The translations under genes and the position numbers were made by a program. Positions 28,956 to 41,139 of a stretch of DNA of 64,000 nucleotides are shown piece after piece; positions within the stretch are counted from its first letter, which is position 1, and every line of letters starts with the position of its first letter. This DNA is from Mytilus trossulus (lineage: Eukaryota): NCBI RefSeq assembly GCF_036588685.1, contig NC_086384.1, positions 40,300,001-40,364,000 of the forward strand, written 5' to 3'. The notes below the pieces were generated by a model. The model saw only the letters and a program-made list of their open reading frames with translations, did not search any database and had not been told where the DNA came from.

Positions 28956-28999
28956 GCGTCACTGATGAGTTTTATGTAGTCGAAACGCGCGTCTGGCGT
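28956..28999 (+). ncRNA. Minimal type-I hammerhead ribozyme (intact core, weakened stem II)
   Basis: gcgtca-CTGATGA-gttttatgtagtc-GAAA-c-gcgc-GTC-tggcgt: stem I gcgtca/tggcgt, core CUGAUGA/GAAA, palindromic GCGC loop III, GUC cleavage triplet. Confidence 0.75.
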
Positions 29000-31344
29000 A
29001 CTGAATTATAATCCTGGTACCTTTGATAACTATTTATCAACTAAGTATCGGTTTTTATCCAATATCATCGCTTTAGATATTTAAATTCATTCTGAACAAA
29101 GCAAGGTAACTCTGTTTGATCGTGAGAATATTGAATAACGTGAATATAAAAAAAGTTAAACCTTATTGATATGGACATTTTTTAACCGTCGGTGCAAATA
29201 TTTTATGCAATTTAGAATGTTTAGGACGATAGAGTGTAGATGAAGATATGTTTTCACAAGAAAATAGACATATAGCCCTATCAAAATGCATTATTATGTC
29301 TTCGAGTTTATCAGCATTTGCTTTTACCCTTAAACATGCTAAATATTTAGTCTTTGGTTCAAACAGGCCGTGTTTCGATTCACAAAATTTCGAATTCGAG
29401 AATAGCCCTTCAAAGAGACAATTCGCTGCAGTTACATGTTCCCGATTGGATGAGTTTATAATATAGGTAAACACGATGTTACATGTATAAAATGTTTAAA
29501 ACAATTGTAAGTTATCTTTTATAATTATAATGTATAATAATTGACATAACCATTATTGGTAAAACGTGTTCTTAATCTATCCGTTTGTTATAATGTTAAT
29601 ACACATTCTCTGAATGATTGATAGTTGTGCACCTAACCAGGAACATATAACATATATATATTAGATATAATGTTCCCAAACTTAATGTTAAAAATGTATA
29701 CAGAATTTAGTTTTCAACTTAAAAAATCCAAATATTTTACCTTAAGTTAAAAATCACGTGTACATCTGATTTGCTTCAGTAATAACCATTCACTATAACA
29801 ACGAACGAAAAGGATTTTTCCTCATTTAGCATTACAAAACGTTGCGATCCAAGGGTTAACGCTCAGCCTTTATTTTGCCTTCAATTTCAATAACGCTATT
29901 ATACTTGATTCTTCTACATGATTATTATACATTAATCTAGTTATATGATATATCATATCACAAATATGTATTATTTTGTTTACTTAGCAATTCGCAAGTT
30001 ACATAAAATAAGAGGTGCTGCACTATATTGATTTATTACTTTAAATCATATCAAGCAACGACAAGGACTTCTCCTCGTTTTGCATTACAACATTTACAGA
30101 GATTTCATGCCCAGTCTTTATTTTGTATTAATATTCAGTAAATATTTTAATCTAGTTTAAAAAATACATTTATATTAGTTTCCCTTTTTAGTTCGACAAC
30201 CTATTTGAAAGTGCAGGACGACATAATTTTTCACTAGTAGAAACAGGTTAATTGTCTAGGCAATACAGATTAATTTGCAACAAATTGCAACAAAAATATT
30301 TCTCCGGAAATATGTCTGTAACTTTATCACCATCGACGAACAATATACAGCTAATAGTATAGAAAATATCTTTAGCGAAAAGTGAAGCAATGAATCAAAA
30401 CTTATCAGTCAAATACGGTCAGTGCATGTTATAGGTTTCAATTGCCCTCCATACATGATCATTTTAAAATAAACGATGTTCAACCTTCACACTGAAGATC
30501 ACTTACTAAAACGCATATCCTTATTTTCTTAAATATTGCGTTCAGTACAAGGCATGAGTCACACATGTCATTTTAATGACCGATCAATGTTTCAAATTTA
30601 CAACAAAAAACATGTTAATCACTAAACATTTACTTCAGATCTTTATTTTCAATTTTGAATATGATTGTCAGTGTCATCAAAAGATAGTAAATACAGTTTA
30701 TATAAAATTTGAAATCTTCAAAATTAAAACCACATTTTGGATAAAAGTAAAATATAACAACGAGAATCGAAGAAACGAAGAAAAATACCAACTCCGAGGA
30801 AAAGTCAAATTGAAAAGTCCTTTATCAAATGGAAAAATCAAAAGATCAACTACATCAAACGAAAGAATATCAACTGTTATATTCCTGACGTGGTACATGC
30901 ATTTTCTTATACATAAAATGGTCGATAAAACCTGGTTGCTACATCGAATGGATACCGATATATGACTTGATTTTCATACGAACGGTTACTAATTTTGAAG
31001 AGTACCGGTCTCTAGTTTTCAGGAAATACAAGGCCCTACTCTGCAAATGTTCACCCTCAAACATCATAACATCAGGGATACAAAGTCGATCAAGCGGAAA
31101 CCTGCCCAAATCCAGGGCAGATAGGAGGTTCCAATGTTCAAATGGATAGTCAATGCTCTTCAACTTTGTAATGTTTTGGCTTTATAAATATTTTGATTGA
31201 TGAGTCTTATGTAGACAAAATGCGCGTCTGGCGTACTTAATTATAATCTTGGTACTTTTGCTAATTATTTACACGATTTGATATTGACTGATAAAGCATC
31301 TAGACTACCGGTATTTGCCGACTTTTTGTCCCTTATAAAATAAT

Positions 31345-31640
31345 TTAATTTTGGATGTAACGCGTCTTCTGATAGGCTGACGTTATTTTGTTATGAGCCC
31401 AAATACATAAGGTAGTCATGTGACCGTGACGTCATCGACGCTTTTTCATGGTTTTCTACGGTTTAAAATGGAATTAAGAATTAAATTATAAGATATTACT
31501 GTATTTTTTTCGAAATAACATTAAAAAATATGTGGTGCACACTATTAATTAACCCGCTACGTGCGTTATTCAGTGTGCACCACATTTGTTTATGTTATTT
31601 CTTCATAGACAGAAAAACCATTACAGTCATTCCTTAAATA
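31345..31640. mobile_element. Small non-autonomous element with a long internal hairpin
   Basis: Inverted arms GAAATAACA...TGTGGTGCACACT (~31512-31543) and AGTGTGCACCACA...TGTTATTTC (~31572-31601). Confidence 0.55.
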
Positions 31641-33304
31641 ATTTTTAAAATGTGTTGAAAAAAAACATATTTTATTTTTTAAAGCAAAATTTCTCTAATT
31701 GTTAAACAATTTATCCTTTATCTGTTGATCATTAATATTTAATCAACGTTTGGTTATTTTCATTTCAGTTCTTTATTTGTTAAATTTCAATTATGACGGT
31801 AAAATTCCTTGCTTTCCTCTAAATTACCATTTGTCAAGTAACGAAAAAAGGCATCCATAAAATTCAATATAGAGAACACATATTTTGCAAAATCGCATGT
31901 TTATATAGCGTCAAAACATTATTCGAGAAACAGACCATCTCTGAATCCCGGGCAATACAATATTTCCCTTCTCTCGACAGTTGATTTTCAATAATTTATA
32001 AGCTAGACAAGTCTTGCCTCTTTTTTTCAAATTAAATTGTCTCGAGCAGAGAAATCCCACTTGATATTCGTAAACTGTTGTAGAATCGTTATATAAATGT
32101 ATAGATCAAAAATGTGAGGTATTTCGAATCAATAAGGTAACAACTCAACACGAAACAACAAAACCAGGTCAACATAATTGCCTCAAAATCAGACAGGTGT
32201 GTCTGTGCAACATTTCAGGTGCTTAATAGACCAAGTCTAACAAAAAGCTACAAATGTTAGTTTAATTTTGAAATGTTGACTGATCTGTCATGATCTTGAT
32301 ACGGTCATTACGTGAGCAGAGTTTTATGGATTACCATTTTTTTTTAATTCTTTCAGTGAGATATCTAAGATAGATCTATGTAAGGATGATATATATTTAT
32401 ACATTGGCCACGATATTTTCATTCAGCAGATATAACACGGTAGAAATTTTTCAGAGCTAAAAAAAGGAGAGTCTAGATGAGTTGACAGAATAGAAAATAG
32501 TTGGTCGAATTGCAGAGTAAAGAGCGAAAACAAAAGAGAAAGAAAATGAGGAGAAAATAGATATTTTTGTTGTTAAAATGTCAATGATAGAGCATGATGG
32601 GAAAATAGAGGGAAACAGAGTGCATCCCATCCAGACTCTCATATCCATGAAGATTCATCTTGGTGCACAACTAATGCATGATTCAGATGAGTACTCCGTC
32701 TATTCATTTAGCACAAATAAATAAGACACTAACATATGCACACTGCCATTAAATTTCAAGATATTTCCTTGTACCATACTATATACCAGTTTGTTTTCCA
32801 AGGGTTGGTTTGGTTGTTTTCCTGTGACACTGATTTAGACATATCTTGTCCTTCAATCTCCTAAAACTTAATTTCGGTAAACTATCTTTAATGTATAGTA
32901 CCTTGAATTGGTATTATCGTTTTACTTTTCTGACCTATTAAAGTATTATCATGATCAACACGACGGGTCCATATGTCCTCCAGGATCTGCTTATTATTCC
33001 GGAGCAAATAAGATCATCTCCGGTCCTTCAGTGGGCTCCATGTTCATCCGTCTTTCTTTTTCTGTGTTGTGTTTTGTAGATTATTGTTTGTCTGATAAAC
33101 GTTTTTGCTGACATGAATTTTCATTGATATGGATATATTTATAAATTTACTGTTTACAAATTTTAGAACTTTTTGAAATACTAAAGGCTTTTCTACCTCA
33201 GGCATAATTAACTTAGATGTATTTCGCAAAACTTTTAGAATTTTGGTTCTCAAAGCTCTTCAACTTCGTACTTTATTTGCCATTTTAAACTTTTTTGGAT
33301 TCGA

Positions 33305-33348
33305 GCGTCACTGATCAGTCTTTAGTAGACGAAACGCACGTCTGGCGT
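33305..33348 (+). ncRNA. Hammerhead ribozyme motif, core variant CUGAUCA, in a retrozyme-like copy (~33105-33385)
   Basis: gcgtca-CTGATCA-gtctttagtagac-GAAA-cgcac-GTC-tggcgt. Confidence 0.6.
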
Positions 33349-34235
33349 ATGTACTAAATTTAGTCCTGGTATCTATGAAGAGTTTTGTTTTTTGCTTCTC
33401 TTTTTCAGTTATGTAGTATTCAAATGAACCTTGTTTGAATGTTTGATATGGTCGGAATAAGCTCAAAAAGACTTTTAAAGTTTAAAGTTTTATTTTATAC
33501 GTATAAAACATTTTTTTCAACCTAAAATTGTGTTTAATGAAACACAAATAAGTATAATACTTGTACTTTTAAAACTTAAACAATATAATACCCTTCCTAT
33601 CAAAAGTCTGCATCATTTGTAAATAATATGCTTCATAAATATAAAAACTGCCAGCGTTATTGTGATAAATTTTATCATTGAATCGTATGAATCCGTCTTA
33701 TATCACGCTTTCATCGAAGAAACAGTGATCTAATTTTGACAACGTGATCACCAGAAAAAACAGAATGTTATTTCGACCTCGTGATCAGAGTTTAATAACA
33801 AAATGGTTAACATAAAAATCTATCGCAGATGTTTTGAAAAAGCATTTACGAAGCATACATGTATGTGGTATATTTTAGAAACTTCAATAACATAAAATTA
33901 CTAGTCATTTCATAATGTTAAAAACAAAAACAATAGAAAAATTCCGCAAACATCGCATTTTTTGTATAAGATATACATTATTTGAATCGATTTTTTGGCA
34001 AATTCTTATTTTACAGTTATGATCACACATTTCTATTTTTACAGGTATGAAGATTATCATATTTAGAATGGTATTTTTCAGATTAAATCCAAAAGCACTG
34101 ATGCAGTTGTATGCAATTTTAGACTTCATTACAATAAAAGAACCAATATTCTAATCCGATTTAATCTATGTAGTATGTCTTTAAAACACTATCGTTAATT
34201 GTTTGCCAAATTCTCTATACATCTTCAGTCTTCAT

Positions 34236-34369
34236 TTATCCAGCTTGTTGTTGTTGTCCTTGTTGTTGTCCCTGTTGTTGCTGTTGTTGGGACAATAATC
34301 TGATTACTTCCTGTTGAATTCCTGTGTTGAATGGGTCGTTGTATAGCTGACACAAAATTCCTCGCTCGC
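34236..34369 (-). CDS. Constant terminal exon 4: Cys-containing segment and Gln-rich tail
   Basis: Acceptor tgtttgcatag|GCGAG; in frame gives (G)ERGILCQLYNDPFNTGIQQEVIRLLSQQQQQQGQQQGQQQQAG-stop (TAA ends at 34236). Confidence 0.82.
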
Positions 34370-37300
34370 CTATGCAAACAAATATTAAAAAGATAAATTA
34401 AAGTCGTACTGAATTACAGGAAAATGGTTCAGCAACACAATTTTATTATTTGCCTTCGGAAAAGATGTATAAATAATTAGGAAGTCTGAAACCCTTCGTT
34501 TTTAACTCACTAAATACATGTATCAGGATCCATACATTTTGATAATTGCAAATTACGCTTGAGAATGCTAAACTTTATCACATTTGAAGCTTGATACTTA
34601 GAAACAAAATTCCTTTTAAATCAGTTTGATACAATTGAAATGAATTAAGGCAGCAGTAAACATCGATTTTTAAATTTCGTTACTCGATAAAGGTATGAGC
34701 TGTTATCTTTTTAATAAACAACCATAGTACATGCACCATTGACTAGCATATAAGATTTCTTGTCCACCATTTTGTGGCAAGTGGTTATGCTTCGATAGAA
34801 CAAGAGTATTGAGTATCCATCAATTTGTATACTTATTTTTTCTGTTACTTTTTTTTCTTTTAAAGGGAATTGATTTACTAGAAAGTGAAATTTGCTATAT
34901 TTGTTTCTATACATTAATTATTTCATCCATATAGAAAATAATTACCTTGGAATCCAACTCCTGTTACATTCGGTGATCTTACATCAACCCAATATTCATT
35001 ATATTGTTTAACAACTGTGGCGCTACAAAACATAATTTTGGAGATTTGAATAATTTGATATATCTTTTTAGAAACTATCAATGAATGAACGTTAAATAAT
35101 TTCCAAAATAATTTGGTCTATCCATAGATGCTTTGACTTTTACCTTCGATTTCTTTACCAAAAATCATTACGAATGTTTCTCGTTCAATGGGGTTTATCA
35201 AATCAAGTGTATTGAACGTTTGACATATATTTCAAAGTACTAATTCTGAAAAAAAATGTGATCATATGAAACAGCTGATGTAATCAGTTCATGAACCTGG
35301 ACTTATGGAAACAAACAAAACACAAGAGAGTCATTTTAGTCCCTTTGGTACTATAAATAAAATATGATAAAATTTGCATATATATCCGGAAACCGAAATA
35401 GTTTTCAAATTTGGAAACTATTTAGTAATACCATAGTTTAAGGGCAGTTCAATTTCGATCTATTCTTAAAAGTCAAATAAATAATATACTTTCGAGCTAA
35501 ACAATATATTAGTATGCCATGCATCAATCTACATATTTTTTGAATGTTTGTTCCAAACTTCTATTGAAACTTTGTTGTCATACTTTCCGAATAAACACAT
35601 ATGAAAAGATCCATTATTGAAACTTAATTCTGATCTCCTTCCAAAACCTTTCAGATTTAACAATGTTATAACAAATTTAGGGAACAGTATTTAATCGACG
35701 CAGATGAAAATCAAGGTCACACAAATAAACTGAGATAATCCGATGATCACTAAACGGTGCTAGACTGTGTGCATTGACAGGGTAATACTCCAAGTCTATG
35801 CCTGGATGATCCGACATGACATTGACACTCGGACAAAATTTCACAATCGTGGATATTACACAATCGATGAAAATCGGGGGTTAGCTAGTTCTTTGTTTTC
35901 GTTTCACTCACATCAATATTGTAACATTTAGTAACTTTTTCTGGCAATTTAAACAAAATATATTTTGAATAGTTGCATAATAGCTAAAGACCATTATACA
36001 ATTGATGTGATCTGAATTTACTGCAAGCTAAATATCTGAAACGTATTAGCGTATATATCGCACTGAAAATCTTTGGAAATTTGACGAAAGACTTAAAACT
36101 ACTGACTTAATAATTGTTCAGTTTTTTATGAAACATATTTATATCAAAATTAGTCATTTGATTTAAGATATATTTATTCGTGACTACTTGAATGGAAGTT
36201 TAACATCCAATTTTCGAATAAAAAAGTGCATTAAATTTGTCTATAAAATTAGATTAACATGTTAGAAAAGGAACTTTCAACAAAAAAAAAACAGATTTAT
36301 TTGTGATTATAATTATAATAAATTTAAACATAAACATGCCAAATTTTTTTTTTTATATTGAACATGAATGCTATTTGTATTTATACACACATTTATATGG
36401 TTTATATATTTCTAAATTGCCGCAAGCTTATTGATTTAAATGATCACGTTTTGAATACACACGTTAAGTAGTTCAAAAAGCCATTAATCAGATAGAACAA
36501 GCAATGCAATAATGACGCCGAACCTTCGAAAATTTTAAATAATACAATCCAAGCTGTCAATTCAATGATTAGGTCAATACTTAAACATATATGTATGCAC
36601 TTATATCAATTAAACCTTTTTAAAATAAAACTAATACAGTTGAACAACAATATATAAGATCGTGTCGATTGAAAAATACAAACGTAAAAATGATATAAGC
36701 GATGAATCATCGAAACTGCAAGTATAGTATATCAGTTTTGAATAGTTGGACAAAAATAATTGTAAAAAACAAAATACGACACTTTTCTTATTACTTGCTC
36801 ACAAAGACTTACGAAAATGTTCAATGGCGTGACATACGTTTAATTTGTTTTTGCTGATTTCATGTTATGACTACAGATCACTATCTTGAATGAATACACT
36901 AATTATCTAATACATCTTCGAGAAATTAAAGTATGATATATCTGAACAAAGTATATATAGTTGTTATACATATTTTTAAATAAAGAGTTGTCTTCCTTTT
37001 ACTAGGAACATTCTCATAAAACATTTGGCATTCAAACTGTGTTAACTGGAGCGCCATTGATCAATCTAATTTAGGTGAACACCTGGTTTCTCTAATTACA
37101 TGTAGTCCGGAAACATTGGTCAGAAACGTGGCCATGCAAGAAATAAATTATTGCTATTTACTTTTAGATATGTTTTACAATTATTACTATTCATGTACTT
37201 TAAAATATTGAAAAATTGTTCTAGCATAAATAACAACTTAACAAAATTTAAATTTAATCATTTTCCATATGTTTTGTAATTTATAAACATTTTGTTAACA

Positions 37301-40300
37301 TATTCACAACATCAACTCATGTCTTCTGACCGAAATTTCATTCTTATTTACTATAAAAGCGCTTAAATTGTATATGAAGTGTTGTTTTCTTTTTTTTTTA
37401 CAGCGCTCCCAATATTTACCCTTGTACTCGTCTATAATGCACACTTACACAAATTGGACATTTCCCAAGTTGCAGCTTGCTGGTGGGTACCAGTCGAAGG
37501 AAACCACATTTTTATCTCTGTTGTTTGTATGTGTAATTCCACCAACACCTCCTACTGCAGCACGACATCTCCTAGCTTGTGAATTGTCATCTAAAGGTCT
37601 AAATGTTCCATAAGCAGGTCTGTTGATGGCTTCCAATGGAAAACCATTTCTTGTTGCTTGTACGAAAAATCCACGGAAATAATCGTTAGGTGCTGCTCTA
37701 AGGGTTACTGAAAACACAAAAAATAATAAAAGTTAAAATAAAATTTATATATATTTGCCTTAATGAAGAACGTCATTTCTGTATTCCTTAAAAACAAGTC
37801 TATCATTGTAGTTCATGTGCCGCTATTTCACTCAATTCTTTGAATATCAATTTGTTCTCCATTTTTTTGTATTTTTTTACTATTTTTGACAGTTATTTAT
37901 TTGCTGGTCCTCTCTTTATTCTCAAGTCTGTTAAACCTAACCAGACCGTCATATATCATCATTTCCATCATGCACATTGTAAATATGGCCTAACGCTTGC
38001 TCCTGTAAACGTACCTCTTAATGGAAAAAATAATTCTCAACGAATTGATTTAGACAAGCCATATGCAGAGAGTTGACGAGGCCTGGCCGTTACGCATGAC
38101 AGAAAAAATACTTTTGTCTACCCAAGGAACATTGTATCTTAGTCGTATTTTGCAAATCCTTTCGAAACGTTGGTCTTCAGTGCTATTCAATGTTGTACTT
38201 TACGTTTGCTTTCAAATTTTCTTGTATTCGATATACACTAATGAGTCTGTTGTAGACGACACGCAGGTCTGTCGAACAGACCTGACGTCTGATGAGTTTA
38301 TTTATTTATCATTGGAAATTGGAATCAAATGTTTGCCTTGGTCTAGTCAGTCATATGACAGTTGTTATCTTATACATGTAGTTTGTTTCTATGAATGTTG
38401 CATTAATTTTTGTTTTTGTTACACTTCTGTGTTCTGTTATTCCCTTGTTTTCCCCGCTTTTGGTTTGTTACCATGATTTGTTTTCTCTTAATCGATTTAT
38501 GACTTGTGAACAGCTGCATACTACTATTGCCTAATTTTATAGAAACTGTGCGCGGGTGACCGATAAATCACACCACTCAAATGTCAGTAATTTCAAGTTC
38601 CTATTGTTTTTTGTTATAAATATCTATCTTTTATATATTTAGATTTTACATATTGTATAAATTTAAGTCTTGCAACATGGCATACATGATGCCTCTAGCG
38701 ACTTGGTATTTAAATTGCAAACAGTAAGAACATCTGTTCAGGTATCTTAGAGTTAAAAGTCCCCAACCAGATCAGACAAAAATACGTTGTGATACATTCA
38801 AACGGATATCGCAGTCGCGGATAAGATATAATGCAGCGTTATAAACAGACATATATTAGCATAACGTACAATGTATTCAATAAGATCAAATAGATTGAAC
38901 CTGTTATTGTTCTTTACATCTCGAAAAGCAAGGGCAGCTCTCCCTTTTTTTTATTTCAACAGCTACAAACTAGATACAACGAATCATAAAGTCATAAAAT
39001 TGGTTATATACCAAAGCTACAACATATCATGATTCTTTTTACCCTGACATTTTACTATGTACGATATAGGTAATTAACATATGTCTTCTTTATATCTTAT
39101 ATCGAATACAGAACTGTCACAAAATATGAACATTAACCACGAATATAAAGATGTTTGTTCACTTTATAGATACACACCTACATGCTCATAATTGTCAAAT
39201 TAATTGTCAAGGAAAATAATTAAAAGTGATGTATACTCTTTCAATACACTAACAAATGTCCTCAGATAAATGTTTCATAACATCTATGGTAATATATGCT
39301 GCATGGATTATTGCATTTTATGAAAGGGAACTGCAATAAATTGTCGTAACAGTATATATGCAATAAATGTACGATGGGCCATTACTGTATAACAAGTTAA
39401 CCGAGGGTAACATGCCAATAAAAACAGGAATATATCTAGAACGGGTATATGTAATGACAAGAAATAATGTCTTCTGAATTGACGGTTCACGCGACATAAG
39501 ATATAAAACAAAAATCTTCTTGAAAAGTAGATATGCCGAAAGGAAAATTTCGATCTTTTAAAATGACAGAACTTACTAATTTTGAATACAATTTATCATA
39601 TAAAATAAATGTTGTGGTTAGGTAATGTTCGTCATTTAAAATATGACCAAATAAACAACTGAAGAGTCATTAATGTACAAATAGGTTATAGATATAGGAA
39701 GATGTGGTGTTAGTGCCAATGAGACAACTCTCCATCCAAATAACAATTTTAAAAAAGGAAACCATTATAGGTCAATGTACGGCCTTCAACACGGAGCATT
39801 TGCTTACACCGAACAACAAGCTATACAGGGCATATGTTTGAATGATACAGATCGTTGTAAGTAGTCTAAATGAGTCCGTTAGTTTTTTCGTTTGAATTGT
39901 TTTACATTGTCTTATCGGGGCCTTTTATAGCTGACTGTATGGTATGGGCTTTGCTCATTGTTGAAGGCCGTACGGTGATCTATAGTTGTAAATGTTTGTG
40001 TCATTTTGGTCTTTTGTGGATAGTTGTCTCATTGGCAATCATACCACATCTTCTTTTTTATATTAACAGAAAATTACAATATTCTGATCTGGAATGAAAA
40101 CTACATTTAATAAAAAAAAAATATTCTAAGAAAACCAAACTCCTATATAGGTAGTTGATACACACATAAGCTGTACTTAGTTTTACAATCATGTTAAACA
40201 TAATTACGTCGGCAATAGATATAACAATATGGTCAAAGGAATATAACTGGCATGCCATAAAACGGAAAAGGGAAAAATGACAACCAACTGTTCAGATGAG

Positions 40301-40985
40301 AAAACACAACATCAGCTTAAAACCGAAGATATATAAAAACAAACCCATTCACAGTCTGGGGATATAAGAAGGGTAGAAAAAGAAAAGATATTAAAACTCA
40401 TATTAAAGTCATCTAGCAACCGACAAAAAAGTGACAAAAAACGACGAAATGATAAACAAAATGCCCTAAACTGAACACTGAGCAATGCTTAGTCTTTTAA
40501 ATCATGAGCTCCTCAAATGATTCAAATAACTAAAGATTATGCTAATTAGTAAACATCTGGATTGAAAGAAATCGTGTGATCAAAAAATAACAACAATATG
40601 AACATGATGAACATTATACTTTTTGAAAATGAGGAAAAAGATTTTAAAAAACACTGTCAGAGACTACAAAAGACTGTCAACGATTATTTCCTTACCCCTT
40701 AATGTTGAAATATCTGGAAAAAAATTAAGTGACTTTACCTCTAATTCTAGATCCTCGTGCACCACTATATTGGGCACCACTGGTTTCCAAAGAATACCCA
40801 CTAGTTTCCATTGACAGTGGATAATAAATTCCAATGTGCGTTGCATTTATTCTAGTTTGATGAATAGGTGTTGGATCTCCACAAGAATTTTCAGGTGCAC
40901 CATTTGGATATCCACTGACAAATGTCAATGCATAATACAAAAAACTGGATGCAATTAAATTTGGCAAAGTGAATTTGGATTTCAT
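34236..40985 (-). CDS. Secreted Reeler-domain protein (putative defense protein-like), isoform using proximal first exon V1; join(40985-40739,37707-37449,35022-34946,34369-34236), 238 aa
   Basis: Manual splicing gives a 717-nt open frame with GT-AG introns of matching phase (1,2,1). Sequence: signal peptide, then YPNGAPENSC...RIR|VTLRAAPNDYFRGFFVQA...GITHTN...FDWYPP...VQFV|ATVVKQYNEYW. These are the characteristic Reeler motifs, followed by a Gln-rich tail. Confidence 0.9.
34946..35022 (-). CDS. Constant exon 3: end of Reeler domain
   Basis: Acceptor ttttgtag|CGCC, donor CCAAG|GTAATT; 77 nt. Encodes (V)ATVVKQYNEYWVDVRSPNVTGVGFQ(G). Too short to appear in the ORF track. Confidence 0.9.
37449..37707 (-). 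CDS. Constant exon 2: Reeler core
   Basis: Acceptor ttttgtgttttcag|TAACC, donor TTTGT|GTAAGT; 259 nt. Encodes (V)TLRAAPNDYFRGFFVQATR...QARRCRAAVGGVGGITHTNNRDKNVVSFDWYPPASCNLGNVQF(V). Confidence 0.92.
40739..40985 (-). CDS. Variable first exon V1: signal peptide + N-terminal Reeler segment
   Basis: MKSKFTLPNLIASSFLYYALTFVSG-YPNGAPENSCGDPTPIHQTRINATHIGIYYPLSMETSGYSLETSGAQYSGARGSRIR-G; 247 nt (phase 1); donor AGAG|GTAAAG. Confidence 0.9.
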
Positions 40986-41127
40986 AATTCAAGTGATATT
41001 CCGCAGTTATTATTTGTTATGGACGTTAGGTCTTTCAGGTAAGTCAAAGGTAACCGTTTTTGTTTTGATGGCTTGTCATCGGATTGTCTTATTTCAGCAT
41101 GATTGATGTATTGGTTATTATTATTGC

Positions 41128-41139
41128 AATCACGTGATT
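41128..41139. promoter_or_regulatory. Palindromic E-box (AATCACGTGATT) upstream of V1
   Basis: Perfect 12-bp palindrome about 145 nt 5' of the V1 ATG; the same TCACGTGA core occurs upstream of V2. Confidence 0.3.

Noticed and set aside
32455-32725. Purine-rich, exon-like plus-strand stretch (…KEKENEEKIDIFVVKMSMIEHDGKIEG…)
   Set aside because: In-frame stops and no recognisable homology; at most a pseudo-exon.
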